NCBI GenBank assembly: GCA_038882955.1
Contig: JAVZNC010000002.1
Span: 128,001-192,000 of the forward strand
Direction: 5' to 3'
DNA: 64,000 bases
DNA from: Candidatus Bathyarchaeia archaeon
GTDB taxonomy: Archaea; Thermoproteota; Bathyarchaeia; Bathyarchaeales; Bathycorpusculaceae
The notes beneath the pieces were generated by a model. It ran no database searches and was not told the origin of the DNA. It was given only the letters and a program-made list of their open reading frames with translations. The first letter of the stretch is position 1; the number at the start of each line of letters is the position of its first letter. This document shows positions 49,170 to 58,270 of the stretch, piece by piece. The translations under genes and the position numbers were made by a program.

Positions 49170-49459
49170 AATGCATGTATAAAATTCCCAAAACTAGAAA
49201 GGAAATGCCTTTGACGCCATTGTCAATCCCTACAGTGGGTAGTATGGGAAAAACTGGATCTTGGAGAACGTTCCGTCCAAAAATTGACTACTCTAAATGT
49301 ACACGCTGTGCACTTTGCTGGATTTATTGCCCAGACGCCGCCATATCACGTCAAGATGATGACACTCCAGTAATAGATTATGATTACTGTAAGGGCTGTG
49401 GAATATGTGCTAACGAGTGTCCAGTAAAAGCGATAACAATGCACAGAGAGGAGGAATAA
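49163..49459 (+). CDS. 2-oxoacid:ferredoxin oxidoreductase delta subunit
   Basis: TGSWR; two CxxCxxCxxxCP clusters. Confidence 0.95.
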   Translation: MVKCMYKIPKTRKEMPLTPLSIPTVGSMGKTGSWRTFRPKIDYSKCTRCALCWIYCPDAAISRQDDDTPVIDYDYCKGCGICANECPVKAITMHREEE

Positions 49460-49460
49460 A

Positions 49461-50639
49461 ATGGCACAAATGCTGATTGACACAGCAAACCATATTGCTG
49501 GTTACGCCGCGAAAGCCGCGCAGGTCAAGGTAGTTGCTGCATACCCCATAACGCCACAGACAACAGTTGTTGAAAAAATAGCAGAATTCGTTGAAAGTGG
49601 AGAAATGGACGCGGAATACATCCGTGTTGAGTCCGAACACAGCGCCATGGTTGCATGCATAGCCGCAGCCGCAGCTGGCGTGCGAACTTTTACTGCAACA
49701 TCCGCCCACGGGTTGGCACTAATGCATGAAGCCTTGCACTGGGCTTCTGGCTCGCGCCTACCAGTAGTCATGGCAGTTGTTAACCGTGCGATGGGTGCGC
49801 CGTGGAGCATCTGGCCTGACTTTAGCGACTCTCTTTCTCAGCGAGATACTGGTTGGATACAGTTTTACTGTGCCGACAACCAAGAGGTTTTTGACACTAT
49901 AATTCAGGCGTACAGGCTTTGCGAAGACGAGCACGTTTTTCTACCAGCTATGATTTGTCTTGAAGGTTTTATTCTTTCCCACACGTACATGCCCGTAAAA
50001 ATTCCAGATCAAAAAGAAATTGATGATTTTCTGCCGCCCTACAAGTGTGGTTGGCTACTAGACGTTAACAATCCCATTTCACATGCGAACCTTGTTTCGC
50101 CCGAATGGTACATGGAGTTTCGCTACATGATTCAAGAAGCTATGGAAAACGCTAAAACGCTTATTCCGAAAATTGACGAAGAATATGCCAAACGTTTCGG
50201 TTTCCGCCACGGCGGACTCATCGAAGAATACCTTTGCGAGGATGCCGATGTGATCCTTTTCACTATGGGAACTATGGGAAGCGAAGCAAAAATCGCTGTA
50301 GATAATTTGCGTAAGGAAGGGCTAAAAGTGGGAGCAGCGAGAATTCGTGTTTACCGTCCCTTCCCTATTGAAGAAGTGATAAAACTTTCAAGGCAAGCGC
50401 AGATGCTTGTAACAATAGACCGTCACGTATCCTTCGGAATGGAAGGTTTCCTAGCGACAGAAGTAAAAGCATCAATTCTAAACCAAAAAGACCATCCAAT
50501 GGTTGCCGGCTTCATTGCTGGTCTAGGTGGAAGGGACGTAACGTATGTGACAATTGAAAAAATTATCAAAAAAGCCCTGAAGTGGATGCGTGATGGAAAA
50601 GTGGAAAAAGAAACCGAATGGGTTGATTTGAGGGAGTGA
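49461..50639 (+). CDS. 2-oxoacid:ferredoxin oxidoreductase alpha subunit
   Basis: YPITPQT, ESEHSA and GLGGRD motifs. Confidence 0.95.
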   Translation: MAQMLIDTANHIAGYAAKAAQVKVVAAYPITPQTTVVEKIAEFVESGEMDAEYIRVESEHSAMVACIAAAAAGVRTFTATSAHGLALMHEALHWASGSRLPVVMAVVNRAMGAPWSIWPDFSDSLSQRDTGWIQFYCADNQEVFDTIIQAYRLCEDEHVFLPAMICLEGFILSHTYMPVKIPDQKEIDDFLPPYKCGWLLDVNNPISHANLVSPEWYMEFRYMIQEAMENAKTLIPKIDEEYAKRFGFRHGGLIEEYLCEDADVILFTMGTMGSEAKIAVDNLRKEGLKVGAARIRVYRPFPIEEVIKLSRQAQMLVTIDRHVSFGMEGFLATEVKASILNQKDHPMVAGFIAGLGGRDVTYVTIEKIIKKALKWMRDGKVEKETEWVDLRE

Positions 50640-50643
50640 AAGT

Positions 50644-51570
50644 ATGGTTACAATAAAGGAACTTCCAAAAGAAGAATACTTGCTTAAGGGACATGCGGCC
50701 TGTGCAGGATGCGGCCCTTCAATTTCGCTTCGACTCCTCTTCAAAGCGCTGGGAAACAAAGTTATCCTCGTAGTTCCAGCATGCTGCACAACCGTTATTC
50801 AGGGGCCGTATCCGTATACTTCTGTTAATGTTCCGCTACAAAATATACTATTTGAGTCTACCGCTGCTGCCGCATCTGGAATTGTTGCAGCCTTGCGCCA
50901 AAGAAAGCTTGAGGACATTACTGTTGTTGGTTGGGCTGGAGATGGCGGAACAGTTGACATAGGAATTCAAGCGTTATCTGGCGCGGCGGAAAGGGAGACG
51001 AACTTCATTTACATATGCTATGACAATGAGGCGTACGGTAACACTGGGATGCAACGCAGTGGCGCAACACCCTACGGCGCTTGGACGACAACTACGCCTT
51101 CTGGAAAGAGGGAACGAAAAAAGGATATGGCGTTAATTATGGCTGCTCACAAGATACCTTATGTCGCTACAGCGTGTCCATCCTATCCGCTAGACCTCGT
51201 TAACAAGCTTAGGAAAGCCAAGACCATTAAAGGTACAAAGTACATTCACATACTCGCGCCGTGTCCCACTGGTTGGCGCTATGACGCAAACAAAACTGTT
51301 GAGATGGGAAAGCTTGCCGTGCTCACGGGGATGTGGACACTTTTTGAAATAGAATATGGACGTTTCAAGCTTAATCCTCCAAGTGACAGGTTACTTGACA
51401 AATCTAACCGTAAACCAGTAAAAGAATACCTCACTTTGCAGGGCAGATTCCGCAATGTGAAGGAAGAGGATGTTGAGAGGATCCAAAAATGGGTTGATGA
51501 AGACTGGGAGTACTATCGCAAAATGGCATTAAGCAGTGCGTCTGATTCTGCATCATACGGAAAAATATAA
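50644..51570 (+). CDS. 2-oxoacid:ferredoxin oxidoreductase beta subunit
   Basis: ACAGCG, GDGG..DIG and DNEAYGNTG motifs. Confidence 0.95.
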   Translation: MVTIKELPKEEYLLKGHAACAGCGPSISLRLLFKALGNKVILVVPACCTTVIQGPYPYTSVNVPLQNILFESTAAAASGIVAALRQRKLEDITVVGWAGDGGTVDIGIQALSGAAERETNFIYICYDNEAYGNTGMQRSGATPYGAWTTTTPSGKRERKKDMALIMAAHKIPYVATACPSYPLDLVNKLRKAKTIKGTKYIHILAPCPTGWRYDANKTVEMGKLAVLTGMWTLFEIEYGRFKLNPPSDRLLDKSNRKPVKEYLTLQGRFRNVKEEDVERIQKWVDEDWEYYRKMALSSASDSASYGKI

Positions 51571-51636
51571 GAGTCTCCGTGTTTATGATATATTCCACCT
51601 TTGCAAAACGTCAGTGCAGTAGGAAGGATAATGTAA

Positions 51637-51972
51637 ATGGCGGAAGCGAAGCAGAAGAGACAAACAACGGAAAAAGCAAAAAACACAAAGGCTGTACAGA
51701 CAGACGAAAACGTTGTATTAATAGGCAAGAAACCAATAATGAACTACGTGATTGCCTGTCTCACCTTCTTCAACTCTGGCACCAAAAAACTAACAGTCAA
51801 AGCCAGGGGGCGGGCAATTAGCAGGGCCGTCGACACCGTAGAATTGCTGAGAAGAGCCTTCGTTAAAGACTTACAACTTCAAGGCATCAACATAACAACC
51901 GAAGAGGTAACCAGAGCCGAAGGGCAGAAGGCAAACGTTTCAGCAATCGAGATTACCGTAGCCAAGCCATAA
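51637..51972 (+). CDS. albA: Chromatin protein Alba
   Basis: IGKKPIMNYV and KARGRAISRAVD motifs. Confidence 0.95.
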   Translation: MAEAKQKRQTTEKAKNTKAVQTDENVVLIGKKPIMNYVIACLTFFNSGTKKLTVKARGRAISRAVDTVELLRRAFVKDLQLQGINITTEEVTRAEGQKANVSAIEITVAKP

Positions 51973-52102
51973 ATGCGCAGTGTCACTGAGCTTTGGTAAT
52001 CGCTGATGAACATTGGTTAGTCTATAATCCGTTTCTTTAGTTTCATTATGCTTTTTGCTAAAACTTTAGAGGTAATTATATATAAAAGCTAATTTTCTAG
52101 TA

Positions 52103-53464
52103 ATGGATCTACGCGAGGAATTGAAGATGAACTCTTATCCAAAAATTGTTGTTACACCCCCAGGACCAAAAGCGAGAGAACTCTTGAAAAGGGATGAACG
52201 CTTAATTTCACCTTCGTATGTGCGGTTTTACCCGCTTGTGGTCGAGTCTGGAAAGGGGTGCATCGTAAGGGATGTTGATGGAAATGAGTACATAGACTTC
52301 AATTCTGGACTTGTATGTCTCAACGTTGGGCACAACCATCCTAAAGTGATTTCAGCAATCAAAAACCAATGCGACCGCTTTTTACATTATTCAAACACGG
52401 ACTTTTACTACAGCGAAGTTGTGGATCTTGCAGAAAAACTTGCTGGTATCACACCTGGCAACTTTAGCAAGAAGGTCTATTTCGGAAATAGTGGAACAGA
52501 GGCAATCGAGGCGGCTATCAAACTTGCGAAGTGGCACACACGTAAACCGCTGTTTATAGGTTTTATTGGCGCTTTTCACGGGCGCACCATAGGCGCTTTG
52601 TCCTTCACTGCCAGCAAAATTCCACAGAGACGCTATTTCTTTCCAATGATGCCAGGCGTCACTCACGTGCCCTATCCATACTGTTACCGTTGTCCCTTCA
52701 AATTGTCGTATCCACAATGTCATTACTGGTGTGTAGACTTCATAGATGAGCTTGTTCTGCAGAAGTACGTGCCGCCCGAAGAAGTCGCAGCAATAATGTT
52801 TGAGCCAATACAAGGCGAAGGCGGATACATTGTTCCACCACCAGAATATTTCCAACGGTTAAAGAAACTTGCGGACAAGTATGGCATTTTGTTAATCGAC
52901 GATGAAGTGCAATCTGGCATAGGTAGAACTGGCAAATGGTTCGCAATTGAACATTGGGGCGTTGAACCCGACATTCTGTGCAGTGCAAAGGCTTTAGCTT
53001 CTGGGTTGCCCTTAGGTGCCACGGTTGCAAAGGAAAAGATAATGGATTGGATTGGGGGTTCTCACGCAAGCACTTTCGGTGGCAATCCACTGTCATGCGT
53101 TGCGGCAAGCACTGTTATCGACGTTATTAAGGAAGAGAAACTTTTGGAAAACGCAACAAAGCAAGGCGCATACATCATGAAGCGGCTTGAAGAGTTCAAA
53201 GAGAAAAGCGATATTGTTGGCGATGTTAGAGGAAAGGGCTTGATGATAGGCATGGAAATTGTGGAAAACAAGGAGGACAAAAAACCATCTTCAAAAAAAG
53301 CCTCCGAAATTATGATGCGTTCATGGAAACGTGGAGTTGCAGTAATCACATGCGGAGTTTCTACGATAAGATTTGCTCCTCCACTAAACATTTCAAGAGA
53401 ACTCGTTGACGCGGCAATGGAGATAATAGAAGACGCTGTTAAAGAAGTGGAGAAAGAAGGTTAA
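52103..53464 (+). CDS. Class III PLP aminotransferase (acetylornithine/4-aminobutyrate type)
   Basis: FHGRT, EPIQGEGG, DEVQSG and TFGGNP motifs. Confidence 0.92.
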   Translation: MDLREELKMNSYPKIVVTPPGPKARELLKRDERLISPSYVRFYPLVVESGKGCIVRDVDGNEYIDFNSGLVCLNVGHNHPKVISAIKNQCDRFLHYSNTDFYYSEVVDLAEKLAGITPGNFSKKVYFGNSGTEAIEAAIKLAKWHTRKPLFIGFIGAFHGRTIGALSFTASKIPQRRYFFPMMPGVTHVPYPYCYRCPFKLSYPQCHYWCVDFIDELVLQKYVPPEEVAAIMFEPIQGEGGYIVPPPEYFQRLKKLADKYGILLIDDEVQSGIGRTGKWFAIEHWGVEPDILCSAKALASGLPLGATVAKEKIMDWIGGSHASTFGGNPLSCVAASTVIDVIKEEKLLENATKQGAYIMKRLEEFKEKSDIVGDVRGKGLMIGMEIVENKEDKKPSSKKASEIMMRSWKRGVAVITCGVSTIRFAPPLNISRELVDAAMEIIEDAVKEVEKEG

Positions 53465-53476
53465 AGTTGTGCTCGC

Positions 53477-53905
53477 ATGGATATCCGAAGGCTCACAATA
53501 AGGGATTATGAAGAAATAATAAAGCTCTGGTCCAAGGCGAAACTGCCATATAAACCGAGGGGAAGAGACAGCAAAGAAGCGATTGCTGCACAGATGAAAG
53601 CTAACCCCGAATTTTTCTTAGGAGCCTATGAAGGCGACAATTTAGTTGGCGTAGTCATAGTAAGCTATGATTTAAGAAAGGGCTGGATAAACCGTTTAGC
53701 TGTTGATCCGCGTTACCGGCGCAGGGGAATCGCTAAGGCTCTAGTGGCTGAGGCTGAAAGGGTGTTAAGGAAAAAGGGCATAGGAATTTTCTGTGCTTTA
53801 GTTGAGGATGACAACGTTGCATCAAAAGAATTTTTTAAAAAGTGCGGCTATGTTGAGCACCGTGACATAATATACTTTAGTAAACGGGACGACAGCGAAA
53901 TATAG
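53477..53905 (+). CDS. GNAT acetyltransferase
   Basis: LAVDPRYRRRGIA motif. Confidence 0.92.
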   Translation: MDIRRLTIRDYEEIIKLWSKAKLPYKPRGRDSKEAIAAQMKANPEFFLGAYEGDNLVGVVIVSYDLRKGWINRLAVDPRYRRRGIAKALVAEAERVLRKKGIGIFCALVEDDNVASKEFFKKCGYVEHRDIIYFSKRDDSEI

Positions 53906-54136
53906 CCTTCTATACTTGCCTTTCTTCAGCTTTCGGTTCATGCACATGCCACAACACCATGAGAATGAAGGTATCGCTAGGGCTGCCATTAGGAGAAACG
54001 AATTTGAGGAGCGACGTTATCGCAAAGAAGTCCGCCGATTGCTCCGCCTAAAACCATGCGTATATAAGAGAAAAAGTTCATAGAACCAATTATTTTTCCA
54101 CGCTGTGCTTGGGGTACATTTACCATTTCTGGGAAA

Positions 54137-54712
54137 TCAAAAATCTTGTGGCTTTGCTATTACCTCTCTAATTTTTAAATCAAAGAACCTCGCCGCATTA
54201 GATGGTTTAATACGCAGTGCCGTATCCGCACCTCTGCCCGTGCCAGCGATTGCAACAACATCTCTATCAACGGATATTAAACCAGCATCTGCTGCCATTA
54301 ACGTTATTTCCACACACACTTTCGTTCCCTCCCCCATTAGCCTGAGCACGTTGGCAATTAGCTCTAGGGGTGCAATTGTTCCAAAATCCTTCCGTATTGC
54401 ACGTTCCACACTGCTTAATGCGTGAATACCCGTGAAAATTTTTGCGCCGTTAGCAGTTATTTCCTTTCTGAATTCTTCCTGCAGTTCTGTTTTTCCTGGT
54501 TCTCGGAAGCCAAAATGATGCGTAACCACAACCACATTGTATTCCTTGAAAATTTTGGCTACCTTCGCTCCAGTTTCGCCTGTTGTTGAGGCTACAACTA
54601 TGTCCCTTATGCCTTCTCGCTCTGCGTATGTCCTAACAAATTCCAGTAAAGTTTCCGTGTTTTTTGCTCCCGCCTCTCTGAAGTAAAGTGCTTTCGTCTC
54701 AACATGAGCCAT
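54137..54712 (-). CDS. Stand-alone pyruvate kinase alpha/beta-domain protein
   Basis: VVASTTGET, KVCVEI..MAADAG and GTGRGADTA motifs. Confidence 0.85.
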   Translation of the reverse strand: MAHVETKALYFREAGAKNTETLLEFVRTYAEREGIRDIVVASTTGETGAKVAKIFKEYNVVVVTHHFGFREPGKTELQEEFRKEITANGAKIFTGIHALSSVERAIRKDFGTIAPLELIANVLRLMGEGTKVCVEITLMAADAGLISVDRDVVAIAGTGRGADTALRIKPSNAARFFDLKIREVIAKPQDF

Positions 54713-54736
54713 GTTAATTCACCTTCTAACAAAACG

Positions 54737-55285
54737 TTAACTTTTACGGCTTAAGTGCTTTTTCCTTAAAGGTTTTCTTTTTAATTCTGTTCCGCACACT
54801 GCACATCTATTTAGCCTGTAATCTGCTTGGTATTTTCTGTAACATGCTGGACAATACCTCACCCACTCCAACTGAAAGCGTATACCAAAAGTTGCCAATG
54901 AAGCAAACTCTATTTCCATGCGATTTGCAACATTCTGTATGGAATAATCGTCTGAAGCAATTACTGGACTATACCCCCCGCTTTTAAGTTCGAGGGCTAA
55001 AGCCAAAATTTGTAGGTCCGTTTCTGAAAGGAAAACCTTGTCACCAATGGCAGTTGCTGAAGCCTTCACCGAATCCAAAAATTGCTTTTCAGGCTTCTTT
55101 ACTACAATCTTTCCCTGTTCTATTGCTGTTTTTAACCTAACTTTTGCGAACGCACTTCCCTTCACTTCCTCCCTAACAAGCGGTACGGTGTACTGCGCTT
55201 CGCTCACTGAAAATGGGTCAAAACCAGCCGCGAAGGCAGACGTATCTAAAACTATAACGCGTTTAGCTTCAATTTGCCTCTTCAT
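54737..55285 (-). CDS. nob1: Nob1 rRNA maturation endonuclease
   Basis: PIN motifs VLDTS, LSETD and DDYSIQNVA; C-terminal zinc ribbon. Confidence 0.92.
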   Translation of the reverse strand: MKRQIEAKRVIVLDTSAFAAGFDPFSVSEAQYTVPLVREEVKGSAFAKVRLKTAIEQGKIVVKKPEKQFLDSVKASATAIGDKVFLSETDLQILALALELKSGGYSPVIASDDYSIQNVANRMEIEFASLATFGIRFQLEWVRYCPACYRKYQADYRLNRCAVCGTELKRKPLRKKHLSRKS

Positions 55286-56130
55286 TAGCTTCCCTTGAAA
55301 AGCAACCTACTTTTTAGGCGGTGGTAAAAGTTTTCCCTAAACCTCACGAAACGGGTTTCATTTTTAGAACGTGTTACCTTTATGTTTATAACTCTGCCAC
55401 TTAATGTTCTACGGTAATGCCCATCCACAACAACAAGCGTCTTTTTAGGCCTAACCACATTAACCGTAAGGCTTGAGTTCGCAGGAAAAACAATCGGGTG
55501 AAATATACTTAAAGGGCAAACCGGGGTCAAAACAAAAGCATCCAGATCTGGATCTAAGACTGGTCCTCCAGCGGATAGCGAATATCCCGTAGAACCAGTT
55601 TGTGTTGCGATCATTACGCCGTCGGCTTGCATGTTGAGCACCGGCTTTTCGTCTTTGAAAATCTTTGCATAGAGAAGTTTTGCTGGTTCGTCGGCTGAAA
55701 TCAGTACCTCGTTTAGTGCTTCTGGGAATTTTTCGCCATTTGCATTTATTGATAGCTTCATGCATCTTTCAATTGTAAATTCTCCTTTCAAACACTTTTC
55801 TATGGCGTTAAAAGCCTGTTTTGGTTCAACTTCTGTTAGGAAGCCTCTTACACCCATGTTTATCGCTAGTACGGGCGGCTCTGGCTTTGGGATTGAGACG
55901 CATGTTCTTAGGATTGTTCCATCTCCGCCTATTGTGATTATGATGTCAGTTTTCATTTTTTCTAGAGGAACAGTCTTTCCTCTAATGCTAACTTTTTCCG
56001 CGAGGGTATCCTCCACTTGAACCTCTAAACCCCTTTTTGTCAGATACTCTGCGAGTTCTTCTGCAAGCTTTAAAGCGTCTTTCTTATCGAATCTAGCTAC
56101 CAATCCTACGCTTTTCAGCAAATAGTCCAC
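55285..56130 (-). CDS. nadK: NAD kinase
   Basis: GGDGT, GFLT, NE and TGSTGYSLSAGGP motifs. Confidence 0.95.
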   Translation of the reverse strand: MDYLLKSVGLVARFDKKDALKLAEELAEYLTKRGLEVQVEDTLAEKVSIRGKTVPLEKMKTDIIITIGGDGTILRTCVSIPKPEPPVLAINMGVRGFLTEVEPKQAFNAIEKCLKGEFTIERCMKLSINANGEKFPEALNEVLISADEPAKLLYAKIFKDEKPVLNMQADGVMIATQTGSTGYSLSAGGPVLDPDLDAFVLTPVCPLSIFHPIVFPANSSLTVNVVRPKKTLVVVDGHYRRTLSGRVINIKVTRSKNETRFVRFRENFYHRLKSRLLFKGS

Positions 56131-56217
56131 CTTTTATTATTAAGCGGCACCTTAATCTATATATGGATGTTGTTTAAAATGCTGTAGATGGAAGATAAAC
56201 GCAATGTTGGTGAGTGA

Positions 56218-56610
56218 ATGAGCAAACCTGTTGATGTTGGAAGCCTTAGGGTTGGCGGATACCTAATCGTTGACGGTGAACCATGCCGTATAGTAGACAT
56301 AACCAAATCAAAGCCTGGAAAACATGGGTCAGCCAAGGCGAGGATAGTTGCTGTTGGAATTTTTGACGGTGTCAAAAGAAGCGTGGTTAAACCAGTTGAC
56401 GCAAACGCTGAAGTGCCAATAATCGAAAAAAGAAGTGGGCAAGTTTTTGCTGTCACGCCTTCAAGCATTCAGATTATGGATTTAGAAACTTACGAGTATT
56501 TGGACGCGCCTTATCCCGAAGAAGAGGATTTGAAAGCGAAAATCGCTCCCGGCGTAGAAGTTGAATTTTGGCGCATACTTGGCAAAATAAAAATTGTTAG
56601 AACAAAATAG
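56218..56610 (+). CDS. eif5a: Translation factor aIF-5A
   Basis: SKPGKHGSAK hypusine motif. Confidence 0.97.
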   Translation: MSKPVDVGSLRVGGYLIVDGEPCRIVDITKSKPGKHGSAKARIVAVGIFDGVKRSVVKPVDANAEVPIIEKRSGQVFAVTPSSIQIMDLETYEYLDAPYPEEEDLKAKIAPGVEVEFWRILGKIKIVRTK

Positions 56611-56617
56611 CAGATAC

Positions 56618-56827
56618 CTAACTCCACCAGTTCCAATCAAGACTTTTGAAACCCAGATATAGTATTAGGAGGATTACTCCCCAACTTAATGCAATGCCCG
56701 CGACCTCTAAAATTAAATTTTCATTTAGATAGGTGTGGCTTGCCCACGCGCTAATTCCACATAACCCGACAAGTAATAGAAGGAACATTGAAAAGTGTAT
56801 AACCTTTTCAGTTGTCAAAGCTTTCAC
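56618..56827 (-). CDS. Small two-TM membrane protein
   Basis: Two hydrophobic helices; GAGGTG at the GTG start. Confidence 0.55.
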   Translation of the reverse strand: MKALTTEKVIHFSMFLLLLVGLCGISAWASHTYLNENLILEVAGIALSWGVILLILYLGFKSLDWNWWS

Positions 56828-56912
56828 CTCTTCGCCCTTTTAGATTTGTTTGGGTTTATTGTTAAAACTTTCCATTAAGCTTATCTTGAAGGTTTGAGTA
56901 AACTTCTTTTGG

Positions 56913-56967
56913 AGCCGATGATGCGAGAAGAGCCGTCTGATTTGTGACGACATGAGCTCCTGAGGCT
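56913..56967 (+). ncRNA. Box C/D 2'-O-methylation guide sRNA
   Basis: C ATGATGC, D' CTGA (56937), C' GTGACGA, D CTGA (56960); terminal stem AGCC/GGCT. Confidence 0.75.
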
Positions 56968-56976
56968 TGTTAAAGG

Positions 56977-57429
56977 TTATTCTATTGGAATTTCATATTC
57001 ATGTTTGCGTGGCAAGCGGATTTCTAGTATGCCTCTCTTAAAGCGTACTTCCATTTTATCTATGTGAACTGGCACTGGGATACGTGTTTGACAATGGAAT
57101 GTTTGGAACTCGCCTTTATAGTGGGTTATACCAAAATCATTAAAGCTTATCTTTCGCCGCATTTTTGCCGATATTTCGATAACATCTTTGCCCGCTGGTC
57201 TAACGCGTATAGTGTTTTCTTCGGTATATGGCAAATCAACAGTTACAATGACTTCTGTTGGCGTCACAGAAATATCGCGAAGTGGCTCTATTGTGCACGC
57301 CTTTTTGTCCCAACTGGGCTTCTCGGTAAGGGCTTCTCTTAAACGTCTAACAGATTCTTCCAAATCCTCAAAGTATTCATCAATTAAATCAAAAATTGAA
57401 CGTCTTCTCCTTTCAGCCATACCGCTCAC
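56977..57429 (-). CDS. Hsp20/alpha-crystallin family protein
   Basis: VTVDLP and FKRGILEIRLP motifs. Confidence 0.88.
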   Translation of the reverse strand: MSGMAERRRRSIFDLIDEYFEDLEESVRRLREALTEKPSWDKKACTIEPLRDISVTPTEVIVTVDLPYTEENTIRVRPAGKDVIEISAKMRRKISFNDFGITHYKGEFQTFHCQTRIPVPVHIDKMEVRFKRGILEIRLPRKHEYEIPIE

Positions 57430-57430
57430 C

Positions 57431-58177
57431 TTAAGTTATGTATAATGGCATGTCATACTCCTGCGTCTTCTTCATTTTGGAAAGTTCTTGCTGTGTTCGC
57501 CGCATAACGTCTCTTGCTTTTAAACGAATTTCTTCGCCTTTCTCCAGAAGCTTTGAAACATCCACCTTCAACCCAATAATCTTTGTTAATCCTTTCAATA
57601 CTTCTGCAGCTGCTTCTGGGTCTGGATAGTTAAAGAAGCATTGGGCAAGCAATGTTATGGCTGGCACTCCTATGCTCGCGCAACGCTGAAGCATAATTGC
57701 TTGTGGACCAACCATGTAGCCTTCTTTTAATATTTCTATGCCTTGCTGTTCGACCATCTTTAATATGTCAGTGTTTGATGCGGCAGCAAAGACTTTCAGT
57801 TCTTCAATGTCTTGTCTTTCTTGGATGGGTATGCCGCTAAGCGAAATCATCATTTTAACATTTTTGTTTTTTCCCCAATCTATCAAGGCGTACATTATTG
57901 GATAAATCGTGTCCGCTGGTATGGCGGTTTCTGAAACAGCTAGGAGAATCTCATGGTTTCCAAAAATCCTTATGGGCGAATGTGGCAGCCCCTCATGTAG
58001 AACTATTAGAGGCGGGAGAAGCTTCGAATCAACATACGCCACTTCTTCAAGATTGTTAAGCTCGGAAATTAGATGCGAAGCGGCTATAACACCTACAAGT
58101 CCGACGTCTGGAAAGCCAAAAAGCATAGTGCAGCCTAACGGAATTTCCTTCTTCTCTACAATTTTTACATCTTCCAA
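57431..58177 (-). CDS. PAC2-family proteasome assembly chaperone
   Basis: GFPDVGLVG, PIRIF and PDPEAA motifs. Confidence 0.88.
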   Translation of the reverse strand: MEDVKIVEKKEIPLGCTMLFGFPDVGLVGVIAASHLISELNNLEEVAYVDSKLLPPLIVLHEGLPHSPIRIFGNHEILLAVSETAIPADTIYPIMYALIDWGKNKNVKMMISLSGIPIQERQDIEELKVFAAASNTDILKMVEQQGIEILKEGYMVGPQAIMLQRCASIGVPAITLLAQCFFNYPDPEAAAEVLKGLTKIIGLKVDVSKLLEKGEEIRLKARDVMRRTQQELSKMKKTQEYDMPLYIT

Positions 58178-58270
58178 ACAGTTTCCTCCAAATCCTCTTT
58201 ATATTGCGTATGTAAAAAGTTTGTGGAATACATATTTAAGGACGTGAACAATTTTAATCTGGAGAAAACT

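Noticed and set aside
51960-52015. Fluoride riboswitch (GCCATAAA...GCTGATGA)
   Set aside because: The 5' GGxGATG pseudoknot strand is missing, the element is in a 3' position, and no fluoride-related gene follows.
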